Source: Patescibacteria group bacterium (lineage in GTDB: Bacteria; Patescibacteriota; Microgenomatia; JBGSIU01). From it: a stretch of 64,000 bases of DNA. The stretch's first letter is position 1. Every line of letters begins with the position of its first letter. The notes under the pieces were generated by a model. That model worked only from the letters and a program-made list of their open reading frames with translations. It was not told the origin of the DNA and searched no databases. The position numbers and the translations under genes are program-made. Shown here one piece after another: positions 48,043 to 56,791 of this stretch. The stretch covers positions 2,161-66,160 of the forward strand of contig JBGSIU010000044.1 in assembly GCA_041742375.1 (NCBI GenBank), given 5' to 3'.

Positions 48043-49078
48043 GATTGGCAACAAGACAATAAACGAAAATTCTCCGGTATATTTTGTGGCAGAAATGTCG
48101 GCCAATCATTTGCAGAAATATGACCTGGCTGTTGAAACGATTCATGCCATGAAAAAAGCGGGGGCTGACGCAGTTAAGCTTCAAACCTACACCCCTGATA
48201 CAATAACTCTTGACTGCGATAATAAATATTTTACACTCCATCAAGGCACAATTTGGGACGGACAAAAATTTTATGAGCTATATAAAACAGCATACACGCC
48301 ATGGGCTTGGCACTCGAAGCTTCAAAAAGTTGCCCACAACCTTGGTATGGAATTTTTTTCCACACCGTTTGACGAATCTGCAGTTGATTTTTTGGAAAAA
48401 TTAAAAGTTCCCGCATATAAAATTGCTTCTTTCGAAATTGTCGATATTCCCTTAATTGAAAAAACTGCCTCAAAAGGTAAACCCATGATAATTCCAACCG
48501 GTGTCGCTGGGATTTCTGATATTGCAGAAGCAGTCGAAGCATGCAGGCGTCAAGGAAACGATCAAATAATCCTTCTCATCTGCTCGTCATCATATCCTGC
48601 TTTGCTCGAAGAGATGAATTTAAAAACATTGCCGAATATGGCGAGTACTTTCGGAACTCTAATCGGTTTATCCGACCATACACTTGGGCAAACCGTTTCA
48701 ATTGCTGCAGTCGCGCTTGGAGCAAAAATGATAGAAAAACATTTTACCCTAGATAAGAAGCTTAGCGGTCCAGATTCAGCTTTTTCCTTAGAGCCAAAAG
48801 AGTTTAAAGAGATGGTTACGGCTGTTAGAGAAGCTGAAAAGGCATTAGGAAGAGTAACGTATGAAATAACTGATAAGAAAAGGAAAAACCGCGAACTTTG
48901 TCCCTCTCTTTTTGTGTCAGAAAATGTAAAAAAAGGAGATATTTTAACAAATAAAAATATTCGGTCCGTGAGACCGGGATTTGGTTTGCCGCCAAAATAT
49001 TTAAGCCAATTATTGGGTAAAAAAATGCGTTTCAATTTAAAAAGGGGCACGCCTCTTAAATGGGAGCATGTAGAATAA
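48029..49078 (+). CDS. NeuB-family nonulosonic acid synthase (pseudaminic acid synthase PseI-like) with a C-terminal SAF domain
   Basis: 'IGNKTINENSPVYFVAEMSANH...AGADAVKLQTY', 'IGLSDHTLG' and C-terminal 'IRSVRPGFGLPPKY'. Confidence 0.85.
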   Translation: MKQIKIGNKTINENSPVYFVAEMSANHLQKYDLAVETIHAMKKAGADAVKLQTYTPDTITLDCDNKYFTLHQGTIWDGQKFYELYKTAYTPWAWHSKLQKVAHNLGMEFFSTPFDESAVDFLEKLKVPAYKIASFEIVDIPLIEKTASKGKPMIIPTGVAGISDIAEAVEACRRQGNDQIILLICSSSYPALLEEMNLKTLPNMASTFGTLIGLSDHTLGQTVSIAAVALGAKMIEKHFTLDKKLSGPDSAFSLEPKEFKEMVTAVREAEKALGRVTYEITDKKRKNRELCPSLFVSENVKKGDILTNKNIRSVRPGFGLPPKYLSQLLGKKMRFNLKRGTPLKWEHVE

Positions 49079-49093
49079 AAACCTTCTATTTAT

Positions 49094-49585
49094 ATGTTGT
49101 CTATAAATCATACTATTATCCGTACAGTCACGAAAGATGATTCGCAATTAATTTTGAGCATAAGAAACGATAAAGAGTTACGTAAATTTTCTTTTAACGA
49201 CAAAAAAATATCTAAACAAGCTCATAAAAGATGGTTTGATAAAATGATCTCAGAGGAAAATAATATCCATTTAATATTAGAATATAATTCTAAAACAGCC
49301 GGACTCATTCGTTTAGATATATTAAATATAGATAAAAAATCTGCTCTTGTAGGAATTATTGTAATTGTAAAAGAATTTAGAGGGAAGGGATTAGGAAAAA
49401 TTCTTTTTAATGAGGCAATTAAAAAGCTTCGTGAAACATTTCCCAATATAAAAAGCATTAAAGCATATGTTTTAACAACGAATGTAAAATCAATGAATTA
49501 TTTTTTAGCCCTAGGTTTTAAAAATAAAAAAAGTGTGTTAAGAAAAGGTAAAAGTGCAATCGAATATGAACTTACAAATATATGA
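49094..49585 (+). CDS. GNAT N-acetyltransferase, PseH-like
   Basis: 163 aa GNAT fold ('VGIIVIVKEFRGKGLGKILFNEAIK...KAYVLTTN'). Lies between the NeuB-family gene and the CMP-synthetase gene. Confidence 0.6.
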   Translation: MLSINHTIIRTVTKDDSQLILSIRNDKELRKFSFNDKKISKQAHKRWFDKMISEENNIHLILEYNSKTAGLIRLDILNIDKKSALVGIIVIVKEFRGKGLGKILFNEAIKKLRETFPNIKSIKAYVLTTNVKSMNYFLALGFKNKKSVLRKGKSAIEYELTNI

Positions 49586-50295
49586 ATAAAATATTGTTGA
49601 CAATTTGTGCACGAGGTGGGTCAAAAGGTGTTAAAAATAAAAATATAAAAAATTTAAACGGTTCTCCTTTAATTTACTACACGATTCAACAAGCACGAGA
49701 ATGGGGAAGAGCTAAACACATTGTGGTCAGTACGGATTCGGAAAAAATCGCAAAAATAGCAAAAACTTGCGGAGCTGAAGTTCCGTTTTTACGACCAAAA
49801 GAGCTTGCTGAAGATAAAAGTCCAAAATTACCAGTCATTCGCCACGCACTTCTGGAATGTGAAAAAATATATCGTGAAAAATATGATTTTGTTGTTGATT
49901 TGCAGCCGACATCGCCCGTGAGGAAAATTAAAGATTTAAAAAATTGCTTAAAGCTTTTTCTTAAAGCGAAACCGCACATGCTTATCAGTGTCTCAAATTC
50001 AGACAAAAATCCATATTTCAATTTAGTTGAACAAGTTAACAGAATGGAAATTCGTCTGTGTAAAAACGCCGACAGACAAATAACCAGACGTCAGGATGCG
50101 CCAAAAATTTATGCAATTAACGGATCGATTTACATCTATGACAGAAGTTATCTCCTGAAAAAGGAAAATCTTTCACCGATTAGCGACAAAACTGTCATAT
50201 ATCAAATGGATGAATACTCTTCAATTGATATAGATAATGAAATTGATTTCAGATTTGTTGAATTTTTAATTAAAGAAAAATATATTTCTATATAG
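49582..50295 (+). CDS. CMP-nonulosonate synthetase (acylneuraminate cytidylyltransferase family, NeuA/PseF/LegF-like)
   Basis: 'ILLTICARGGSKGVKNKNIKNLNGSPLIYYTI'. Confidence 0.8.
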   Translation: MNKILLTICARGGSKGVKNKNIKNLNGSPLIYYTIQQAREWGRAKHIVVSTDSEKIAKIAKTCGAEVPFLRPKELAEDKSPKLPVIRHALLECEKIYREKYDFVVDLQPTSPVRKIKDLKNCLKLFLKAKPHMLISVSNSDKNPYFNLVEQVNRMEIRLCKNADRQITRRQDAPKIYAINGSIYIYDRSYLLKKENLSPISDKTVIYQMDEYSSIDIDNEIDFRFVEFLIKEKYISI

Positions 50296-50298
50296 CAT

Positions 50299-51153
50299 AT
50301 GCTTCATAGGATTATCGCGCGACTTGATATTAAAGGTCCTAATTTGGTTAAGGGGATACATCTTGAAGGTTTGAGAGTGTTGGGAAAACCGGAAGAGTTT
50401 GCTAAATATTACTTTAATGAAGGAATTGATGAGTTAATTTACGTTGACACGGTTGCAAGTTTATATGGCAGAAATAGTTTGGATGATATTATTTCTAAAA
50501 CAGCCGCCAAAATTTTTATTCCACTAACGGTTGGTGGGGGTATACGTTCAATAGAAGATATAAAGAGAATTCTAAGAGCGGGGGCAGACAAAGTTGCGTT
50601 AAACACGGCGGCCATCAAAAACCCAAAAATTATAAGTGAGGCAGCCAATATTTTTGGTTCATCAACGATTACTGTTTCCATAGAAGCACTAAAACAAAAT
50701 AATGGTGAATATCTGGCATATACCGACAACGGAAGAGAATATACGGGGATTGAAGTTGTTGCCTGGGCAAAAAAAGTTGAAAAATTGGGAGCCGGAGAAA
50801 TTCTTTTAACCTCAATTGATAATGAGGGGACAGGGAAAGGATATGATTTGGAATTAATTAAAAAGGTCGCGCGTAGAGTTTCGATCACAACTGTTGCCTG
50901 TGGTGGAGCAGGTTCAATGAAAGATCTCTCCGAAGCGATTATTTTTGCAGGGGCCGATGCAGTTTCTGTTTCATCGATACTGCATTATAGTTATATCAAA
51001 AAACATAAACGCATTGATGGTTATGAAGATGAAGGGAATATCGAATTTTTAAAGAATGAAAATTTAAACCCGGATGCTTCTTTTGTTGAAGCCAATATTG
51101 AATCGATTAAATTTTTTTTATCTAAGAAAAAAATACCAGTACGTCTGTCCTGA
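50299..51153 (+). CDS. HisF-like cyclase subunit paralog (WbuZ/HisF2-type; acetamidino-group biosynthesis)
   Basis: 'IIARLDIKGPNLVKGIHLEGLRVLG...VDTVAS' with a (beta/alpha)8 HisF pattern. Sits in a glycan cluster next to HisH-like and WbuX-like genes. Confidence 0.85.
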   Translation: MLHRIIARLDIKGPNLVKGIHLEGLRVLGKPEEFAKYYFNEGIDELIYVDTVASLYGRNSLDDIISKTAAKIFIPLTVGGGIRSIEDIKRILRAGADKVALNTAAIKNPKIISEAANIFGSSTITVSIEALKQNNGEYLAYTDNGREYTGIEVVAWAKKVEKLGAGEILLTSIDNEGTGKGYDLELIKKVARRVSITTVACGGAGSMKDLSEAIIFAGADAVSVSSILHYSYIKKHKRIDGYEDEGNIEFLKNENLNPDASFVEANIESIKFFLSKKKIPVRLS

Positions 51154-51180
51154 AAATTATACCAATATTTATAAAAATTA

Positions 51181-51834
51181 ATGATTAAACCGAAAATCGC
51201 GATTATTGATTATAAAATGAGCAATTTATTCAGTATAAAACATGCCTGTGATTTTGTCGGCGGCGCGTCTTCCATCACTTCAGACAAAAAAGATATTAAA
51301 AATGCCGATGCAATCATTCTTCCGGGAGTTGGTGCCTTCGGCGCGGCAATGCAAAATCTAAAAAAGTTAGATTTATTAGATTTGATTATTCAGTTGGTTG
51401 AAAAGAAAAAACCTTTTATGGGCGTCTGTTTGGGAATGCAGCTCTTTTTCTCCCAAAGCGAAGAATTTGGGATTCATAAAGGACTTAATTTAATTCAAGG
51501 CAAAATAATGAGGTTTCCTTCATCTTATGGATCTAAAAACAAAATTAAAGTTCCACAAATCGGCTGGAATAAAATTTATCACGTTAAAAAGAAAAAAAAA
51601 CAATGGGGGCTTTCGCCATTAAGCGATGTGAAAGAATTTGCGTATATGTATTTTGTTCACTATTACTATTGTTGCCCAAGCAACAAAGAAGACGAAGTTT
51701 GCGCAACTTCTTACGAAGGGGTTGAATATTGTTCGGGCATCCTGCATAATAATATTTTTGCAGTACAATTTCATCCGGAGAAAAGTGGGCAGATTGGATT
51801 ACAAATTTACAAAAATTGGATACATAATTTATAA
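51181..51834 (+). CDS. HisH-like class I glutamine amidotransferase subunit (WbuY/HisH2-type)
   Basis: 'IAIIDYKMSNLFSI...AIILPGVGAFG', catalytic 'GVCLGMQL' and 'FAVQFHPEKS'. Confidence 0.85.
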   Translation: MIKPKIAIIDYKMSNLFSIKHACDFVGGASSITSDKKDIKNADAIILPGVGAFGAAMQNLKKLDLLDLIIQLVEKKKPFMGVCLGMQLFFSQSEEFGIHKGLNLIQGKIMRFPSSYGSKNKIKVPQIGWNKIYHVKKKKKQWGLSPLSDVKEFAYMYFVHYYYCCPSNKEDEVCATSYEGVEYCSGILHNNIFAVQFHPEKSGQIGLQIYKNWIHNL

Positions 51835-51840
51835 ATTAAT

Positions 51841-53064
51841 ATGAAAAAAGTTAAAACTAAATTTGGCTTGCCGAGAAAAGTTGTCTTTTGCACGAATTGT
51901 GTCATATCGAATCAGCGTCCAGCGTCATCAATTGAATTTTTCAACAAGAAGGAAAGCAAAAAAGCCACAATGCATATAGACGAGAGCGGAGTTTGCGATG
52001 CGTGTTTGGCCGCAAAGCAGAAAGAAAAAATTGATTGGAAAGAGAGAGAAAAAGAACTGATGAGACTGCTTGACAAATATCGCCGAAATGACGGGAATTA
52101 CGACTGTGTCGTGCCTGGAAGCGGAGGAAAGGATAGTGCTTGTCAAGCTCACCTTTTAAAATATAAATATGGCATGCATCCATTAACCGTGACATGGTCA
52201 CCAATCCTTTACACCGATTATGGATACAAAAATTTCAAAAATTGGATAGAAATCGGAGGTTTTGACAACATAGCTTTCAAACCAAATGGTCGGGTTATGA
52301 AGCTTTTAACAAAACTTGCGATTGAAAATCTTCTGCATCCATTTCATACTTTTATCCTCGGCCAAAAAAATTTAGGGCCCAAAATCGCTCTTAAATATAA
52401 AATCCCCCTCATTTTTTATGGTGAGAACGAAGCGGAATATGGAAACCCAATCGCAGACAACTCAACATCGTTGAGAACAAAATCATATTATTCCATTTCT
52501 AATCTCGATAATATTTTTTTAAGCGGAGTAAAAATCAGTAGACTAATCGAAAAATATAAAATCGCACTTTCGGATTTGATGGCATTTTTACCGGTGCATT
52601 ATAACGAGCTTAAAAATCGTAATTTACAAGTTCACTATCTCGGTTATTATCTTAAATGGGTTCCGCAAGAAGCATATTACTTTGCAGTTAAACACACAGG
52701 TTTTCAGCCCAGACCTTTTCGAACTCAGGGAACATATAGTAAATATAACAGTATTGATGATAAAATTGACGACCTTCATTATTACACAACATATATAAAG
52801 TTTGGAATTGGTAGGGCGACATATGATGCTTCTCAGGAGATCAGAAATAAACATTTAACTCGTGAAGAAGGTGTTGCTTTGGTAAAAAAATTTGACGGAG
52901 AATTCCCAGACAAGTATTTTCAGGAGGTAATGGATTACTTGGAAATTAAACCTGAATTTTTTCATAAACTTTGTAATAAATTCAGATCTCCGCATCTTTG
53001 GAAAATAGTTGGAAATCAATGGAGGTTACGGCACAATGTTTGGAATGGAGGTACAGACGATTAA
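51841..53064 (+). CDS. N-acetyl sugar amidotransferase (WbuX/WbpG-like, PP-loop ATP-pyrophosphatase)
   Basis: N-terminal Cys cluster 'CTNCVISNQRP...CDAC' and PP-loop 'VVPGSGGKDS'. Confidence 0.8.
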   Translation: MKKVKTKFGLPRKVVFCTNCVISNQRPASSIEFFNKKESKKATMHIDESGVCDACLAAKQKEKIDWKEREKELMRLLDKYRRNDGNYDCVVPGSGGKDSACQAHLLKYKYGMHPLTVTWSPILYTDYGYKNFKNWIEIGGFDNIAFKPNGRVMKLLTKLAIENLLHPFHTFILGQKNLGPKIALKYKIPLIFYGENEAEYGNPIADNSTSLRTKSYYSISNLDNIFLSGVKISRLIEKYKIALSDLMAFLPVHYNELKNRNLQVHYLGYYLKWVPQEAYYFAVKHTGFQPRPFRTQGTYSKYNSIDDKIDDLHYYTTYIKFGIGRATYDASQEIRNKHLTREEGVALVKKFDGEFPDKYFQEVMDYLEIKPEFFHKLCNKFRSPHLWKIVGNQWRLRHNVWNGGTDD

Positions 53065-53108
53065 AATATTGTTAATTATAATGCTTACAGTATTATAATG
53101 TTGTTGAT

Positions 53109-54494
53109 ATGAAAGTATTATTGGTGGTTTATGATAATGATTCGTATATTTCTTGGTTTCCGCAAGGCTTGGCGTATGTGGCAACCGTTTTGAGGAAAAA
53201 AGGGCATGAGGTGACAATTTATAGCCAGGATGTTTATCATTGGAAAGAATCACATCTAAGAAAGTTCCTTGATAAAAGAAAATTTGACGTGGTCGGAGTT
53301 AGTGTGATCGCCGGATATTATCAATATCGTAAACTTCTTCAAATATCAAAAGCAATAAATCGATCAAAGTACAGACCTTTTTACATTCTGGGCGGTCATG
53401 GACCGGCACCTGAACCGGAATATTTTATGAAAAAAACTAAAGCTGATATCATTGTAATTGGAGAAGGTGAAATTACAACAGTCGAAATCATGGAAGCTTT
53501 GGAGAAGAAAAGAAAATTTTCTTCAGTGAAAGGAATAGCATACAGGGATGGCAAAAAAATTATCGTTAACGAAAGAAGACCATTAATCGCCAATATTGAC
53601 CAAATTGATTTTCCTGCTTATGATCTGTTTCCCTTAGATCACTATGCTTTGATGCGTACTCTTCCGGGTCTTGAGAATAATGAGCGTTGTATGCCGATGT
53701 TGTCTGGAAGGGGATGTATCTTTCAGTGCAATTTTTGTTACAGAATGGATAAAGGGTTCAGACCCCGTTCGATTAAAAATATTCTTGAAGAAGTGGAAAA
53801 GCTGCAGAAAGACTATGCCATTACTTCAATTGTTTTCTCAGACGAATTACTGATGAGTTCAGTAGACAGAACGATTGAAGTTTGTGAAGGATTGCTGAAA
53901 TCAAAAGTCAAATTCAAATGGGGTTGCAACGGACGCTTGAATTTTGCAAAGTTTGACGTTTTAAAATTAATGAAAAAAGCAGGCTGCACATTCATTAATT
54001 ACGGAATTGAATCAATGGATCAAGATGCTTTGAATGTCATGAAAAAAGGATTAACAGTTAAAATGATTCACGATGGCATTAAAAACACATTGCAGGTTGG
54101 TATCAATCCGGGTTTAAATATTATTTTTGGCAACATCGGTGAAACGAAAGCAGTCTTAAAAAAAGACGTTGAATTTCTCCTGAAATACGACGATCACGCG
54201 CAAAGAAGAACTATCCGTCCGGTGACACCTTACCCAGGTTCACCTCTTTATTATTATGCAATAGAAAAAGGATTGCTTAAAGATTGCCAAGATTTTTACG
54301 AGAATAAACATGTTAACTCCGATCTTTTAGCGGTTAACTTCACCAATATGTCAGACGACGAATTCCACAAGGCTTTATTTCGGGCTAATAAAAAATTGCT
54401 CACCGCATACTTCGAAGATTCTAAACAAAAAATCATTGAAAGCGCGAGACAACTTTACACAGGAAAAAATAATGCGTTTCGAGGTTTCCGCTAA
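53109..54494 (+). CDS. B12-binding domain radical SAM enzyme (class B radical SAM, methyltransferase-like)
   Basis: N-terminal B12-binding Rossmann region, then 'LSGRGCIFQCNFCY' (CxxxCxxC). 461 aa. Confidence 0.8.
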   Translation: MKVLLVVYDNDSYISWFPQGLAYVATVLRKKGHEVTIYSQDVYHWKESHLRKFLDKRKFDVVGVSVIAGYYQYRKLLQISKAINRSKYRPFYILGGHGPAPEPEYFMKKTKADIIVIGEGEITTVEIMEALEKKRKFSSVKGIAYRDGKKIIVNERRPLIANIDQIDFPAYDLFPLDHYALMRTLPGLENNERCMPMLSGRGCIFQCNFCYRMDKGFRPRSIKNILEEVEKLQKDYAITSIVFSDELLMSSVDRTIEVCEGLLKSKVKFKWGCNGRLNFAKFDVLKLMKKAGCTFINYGIESMDQDALNVMKKGLTVKMIHDGIKNTLQVGINPGLNIIFGNIGETKAVLKKDVEFLLKYDDHAQRRTIRPVTPYPGSPLYYYAIEKGLLKDCQDFYENKHVNSDLLAVNFTNMSDDEFHKALFRANKKLLTAYFEDSKQKIIESARQLYTGKNNAFRGFR

Positions 54495-54512
54495 TTTCCT
54501 CGAGTAATTAAA

Positions 54513-54572
54513 AATTAATATCAATTTTATGTTGATGAATAAGTTTATATCAGTATAATATTGATATTAATT
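54513..54572 (+). promoter_or_regulatory. Nested inverted repeats (AATTAATATCAAT ... ATTGATATTAATT, inner ATATCA-gtataat-TGATAT) containing a TATAAT box, upstream of the second NeuB gene
   Basis: A perfect 13-bp inverted repeat with an inner 6-bp inverted repeat. TATAAT at 54553-54558. Confidence 0.45.
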
Positions 54573-54580
54573 AAGCGTAA

Positions 54581-55627
54581 ACGATTACTATTAAAAATAA
54601 AAAGATCGGTCAAGGTCATCCTTGCTTCATTATCGCCGAAGCAGGAGTTAATCATAACGGAAATTTGGATTTGGCGTTTAAATTAGTTGACGCAGCAAAA
54701 GAAGCTGGTGCCGATGCAGTCAAGTTTCAAACATTTAAAGCAGAAAATGTTGTTATTCCGCGAGGGAAAATGGTCGGTTATCAAATTAAAAATATTGGTC
54801 AAGAAAAAAGTCAACTGGAGATGATTAGGAAAATTGAGTTAAAAGATAAAGATTTTGGTAAAATTAACGAATATTGTAAAAAAAAAGAGATCATATTTCT
54901 TTCCACACCGCACGGTGGTAAACAAAGCGTTGATATGCTTGCTTCTTTGCGTATGCCAGCCTATAAGATAGCTTCAGGAGATTTAACAAATTACATCATG
55001 TTGGAAAAAATTGCTAAACTTGGCAAGCCTGTCATTCTGAGTACGGGTATGGCAACTTTAAAAGAAATTAGAAATACGGTTGCTTATCTTCAATCGAAGG
55101 GCAATGATCAAATTATTGTTTTACAATGCACAACTAGCTACCCATGCCCAGCAGATGAGGCAAATGTAAGATCGATGTTAACCATCGCCCAAAAAGTCAA
55201 CGTTTTAGTTGGTTATTCCGATCACACTTTGGGAAATGAAGCTGCCATAGCCGCGACTACTCTCGGAGCCATGATGTACGAGTGTCATTTTACTCTTGAT
55301 AAAAAGTTACCGGGACCGGATCACATTGCTTCAGCAAGTCCCCAAGAATTGAAATCGCGAATCAAAGCTATAAGAATAACAGAAAAGATTCTTGGAAATT
55401 GGCAAAAGGAACCGACTAAGAGTGAAACAGGGGAAATGTTGGAAACGATGAGGAAAAGTGTCGTTGCGGCACACAGGATGAAAAAGGGGCATATTATATC
55501 TACTAATGATTTAGAAGCCAAAAGACCAGGAGATGGTTTATCTCCGGTTTATTTTGAAAAGCTTATCGGACTGGTTCTAAAAAGAAATATAAAGAAAAAT
55601 GAGCAGTTATTAATATCTCATTTCTAA
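54581..55627 (+). CDS. Second NeuB-family nonulosonic acid synthase (LegI/NeuB-like) with SAF domain; start codon unresolved
   Basis: The conserved N-terminus 'IGQGHPCFIIAEAGVNHNGNLDLA' is encoded upstream of the ORF-track TTG at 54665. The frame is open back to the TAA at 54578-80 with no ATG/GTG/TTG. 'VGYSDHTLG' and a C-terminal SAF 'LEAKRPGDGLSP'. Confidence 0.75.
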   Translation, partial: TITIKNKKIGQGHPCFIIAEAGVNHNGNLDLAFKLVDAAKEAGADAVKFQTFKAENVVIPRGKMVGYQIKNIGQEKSQLEMIRKIELKDKDFGKINEYCKKKEIIFLSTPHGGKQSVDMLASLRMPAYKIASGDLTNYIMLEKIAKLGKPVILSTGMATLKEIRNTVAYLQSKGNDQIIVLQCTTSYPCPADEANVRSMLTIAQKVNVLVGYSDHTLGNEAAIAATTLGAMMYECHFTLDKKLPGPDHIASASPQELKSRIKAIRITEKILGNWQKEPTKSETGEMLETMRKSVVAAHRMKKGHIISTNDLEAKRPGDGLSPVYFEKLIGLVLKRNIKKNEQLLISHF

Positions 55628-55633
55628 TAATAT

Positions 55634-56785
55634 TTGATGAATTCTAATAAAAAAACAATTGCTTTTATAACAGGAACAAGAGCGGATTATGGTATCATGC
55701 AGCCTGTTTTGCAAAAAATTCAGCAAAGCCCGAAATTAAAACTCCAACTATACGCGACAGGCATGCATTTAATGTCTGATTATGGCCATACAATTGATAT
55801 TGTTAAACGTGATTTCCCAGAAGTTTCGACAATTAACGTTGTTTTTAAAACCAATAATCGTTTAGGCATGGCTCGTTTTACTTCTCAACTCCTCAGTAAA
55901 CTGACAGAAATTTTTGCAAAAAATCGCCCAGATCTGTCTTTAGTATTTAGTGATCGATCCGAGATGCTGTGCGTAGCGATTACTTCTTTATATTTTGGTA
56001 TACCTATTGTTCATATTCATGGAGGCGATATAACAAACACTATTGATGATTCGACTCGTCATGCCATTAGCAAAATGTCTCATATCCATTTTCCTCCAAC
56101 AGAAGAAGCAAAAAATCGACTAATTAACATGGGAGAAGAAAAATGGCGAATTCATGTTGTTGGTGCTCTTGGTCTTGATTCATCTGCCAATAAAAATCTT
56201 TTAGCAAGAAAAGAATTGTTTGAGAAATTTAAAATTGCCACAGGATCAAAATTTGTTTTAGTCACTCAACATCCGGTCAGCGAAGAAATAAATGAAGCTG
56301 CAAAGCAGATGAAAGAAACGATAGAAGCGATTAAAAAAATAAATTTGCCGGTAATAGTTATATACCCAAATGCTGATGCAGGTAGCCGTGATATGATAAA
56401 AATCATAAATAAAGAAAAAAATAATCCAGTATTCCATATTTTCCCCAACATCGATCATAAAATTTTTCTTTCTCTGGAAAAGGAAGCAAATGTTTGGGTA
56501 GGTAATAGTAGCGCCGGAATTGTGGACTCATCTTTTTATAAAACGCCCGTTGTTAATATTGGTATCAGACAGCTTGGTCGACCGCAAGGAGAAAACATTA
56601 TCAATGTTAACCATGATGCAGGAGAAATATATAAGGCGATGAAAAAATCATTATATGATAAAAAGTTTTTAAAAAAAATATCTTTTTGTCATAACTCTTG
56701 GGGCAACGGGTCTGGAACGCCAAAAATTATAAAAATATTAGAAAATCTTATAATTAATAAGAGAATGTTGATAAAACATGCATGA
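55634..56785 (+). CDS. UDP-N-acetylglucosamine 2-epimerase (hydrolysing), NeuC/LegG-like
   Basis: 'IAFITGTRADYGIMQPVLQKI...ATGMHLMSDYGHT' and 'VHIHGGDITNTIDDSTRHAISKMSHIHF'. Confidence 0.85.
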   Translation: MMNSNKKTIAFITGTRADYGIMQPVLQKIQQSPKLKLQLYATGMHLMSDYGHTIDIVKRDFPEVSTINVVFKTNNRLGMARFTSQLLSKLTEIFAKNRPDLSLVFSDRSEMLCVAITSLYFGIPIVHIHGGDITNTIDDSTRHAISKMSHIHFPPTEEAKNRLINMGEEKWRIHVVGALGLDSSANKNLLARKELFEKFKIATGSKFVLVTQHPVSEEINEAAKQMKETIEAIKKINLPVIVIYPNADAGSRDMIKIINKEKNNPVFHIFPNIDHKIFLSLEKEANVWVGNSSAGIVDSSFYKTPVVNIGIRQLGRPQGENIINVNHDAGEIYKAMKKSLYDKKFLKKISFCHNSWGNGSGTPKIIKILENLIINKRMLIKHA

Positions 56786-56791
56786 TTATAT

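Noticed and set aside
48562-49050. 162-aa minus-strand ORF inside the NeuB-family gene
   Set aside because: Antisense to a high-confidence NeuB homolog, with low-complexity composition. Treated as spurious.
50439-50888. 149-aa minus-strand ORF inside the HisF-like gene
   Set aside because: Antisense to a strongly conserved HisF-like coding sequence. Treated as spurious.
51181-51834. Apparent insertion 'KKKKKQWGLSPLSDVKEFAYMYFVHYYYC' in the HisH-like protein
   Set aside because: On inspection it matches the normal HisH region around the conserved 'FYFVHSY' segment, so it is not an insertion.
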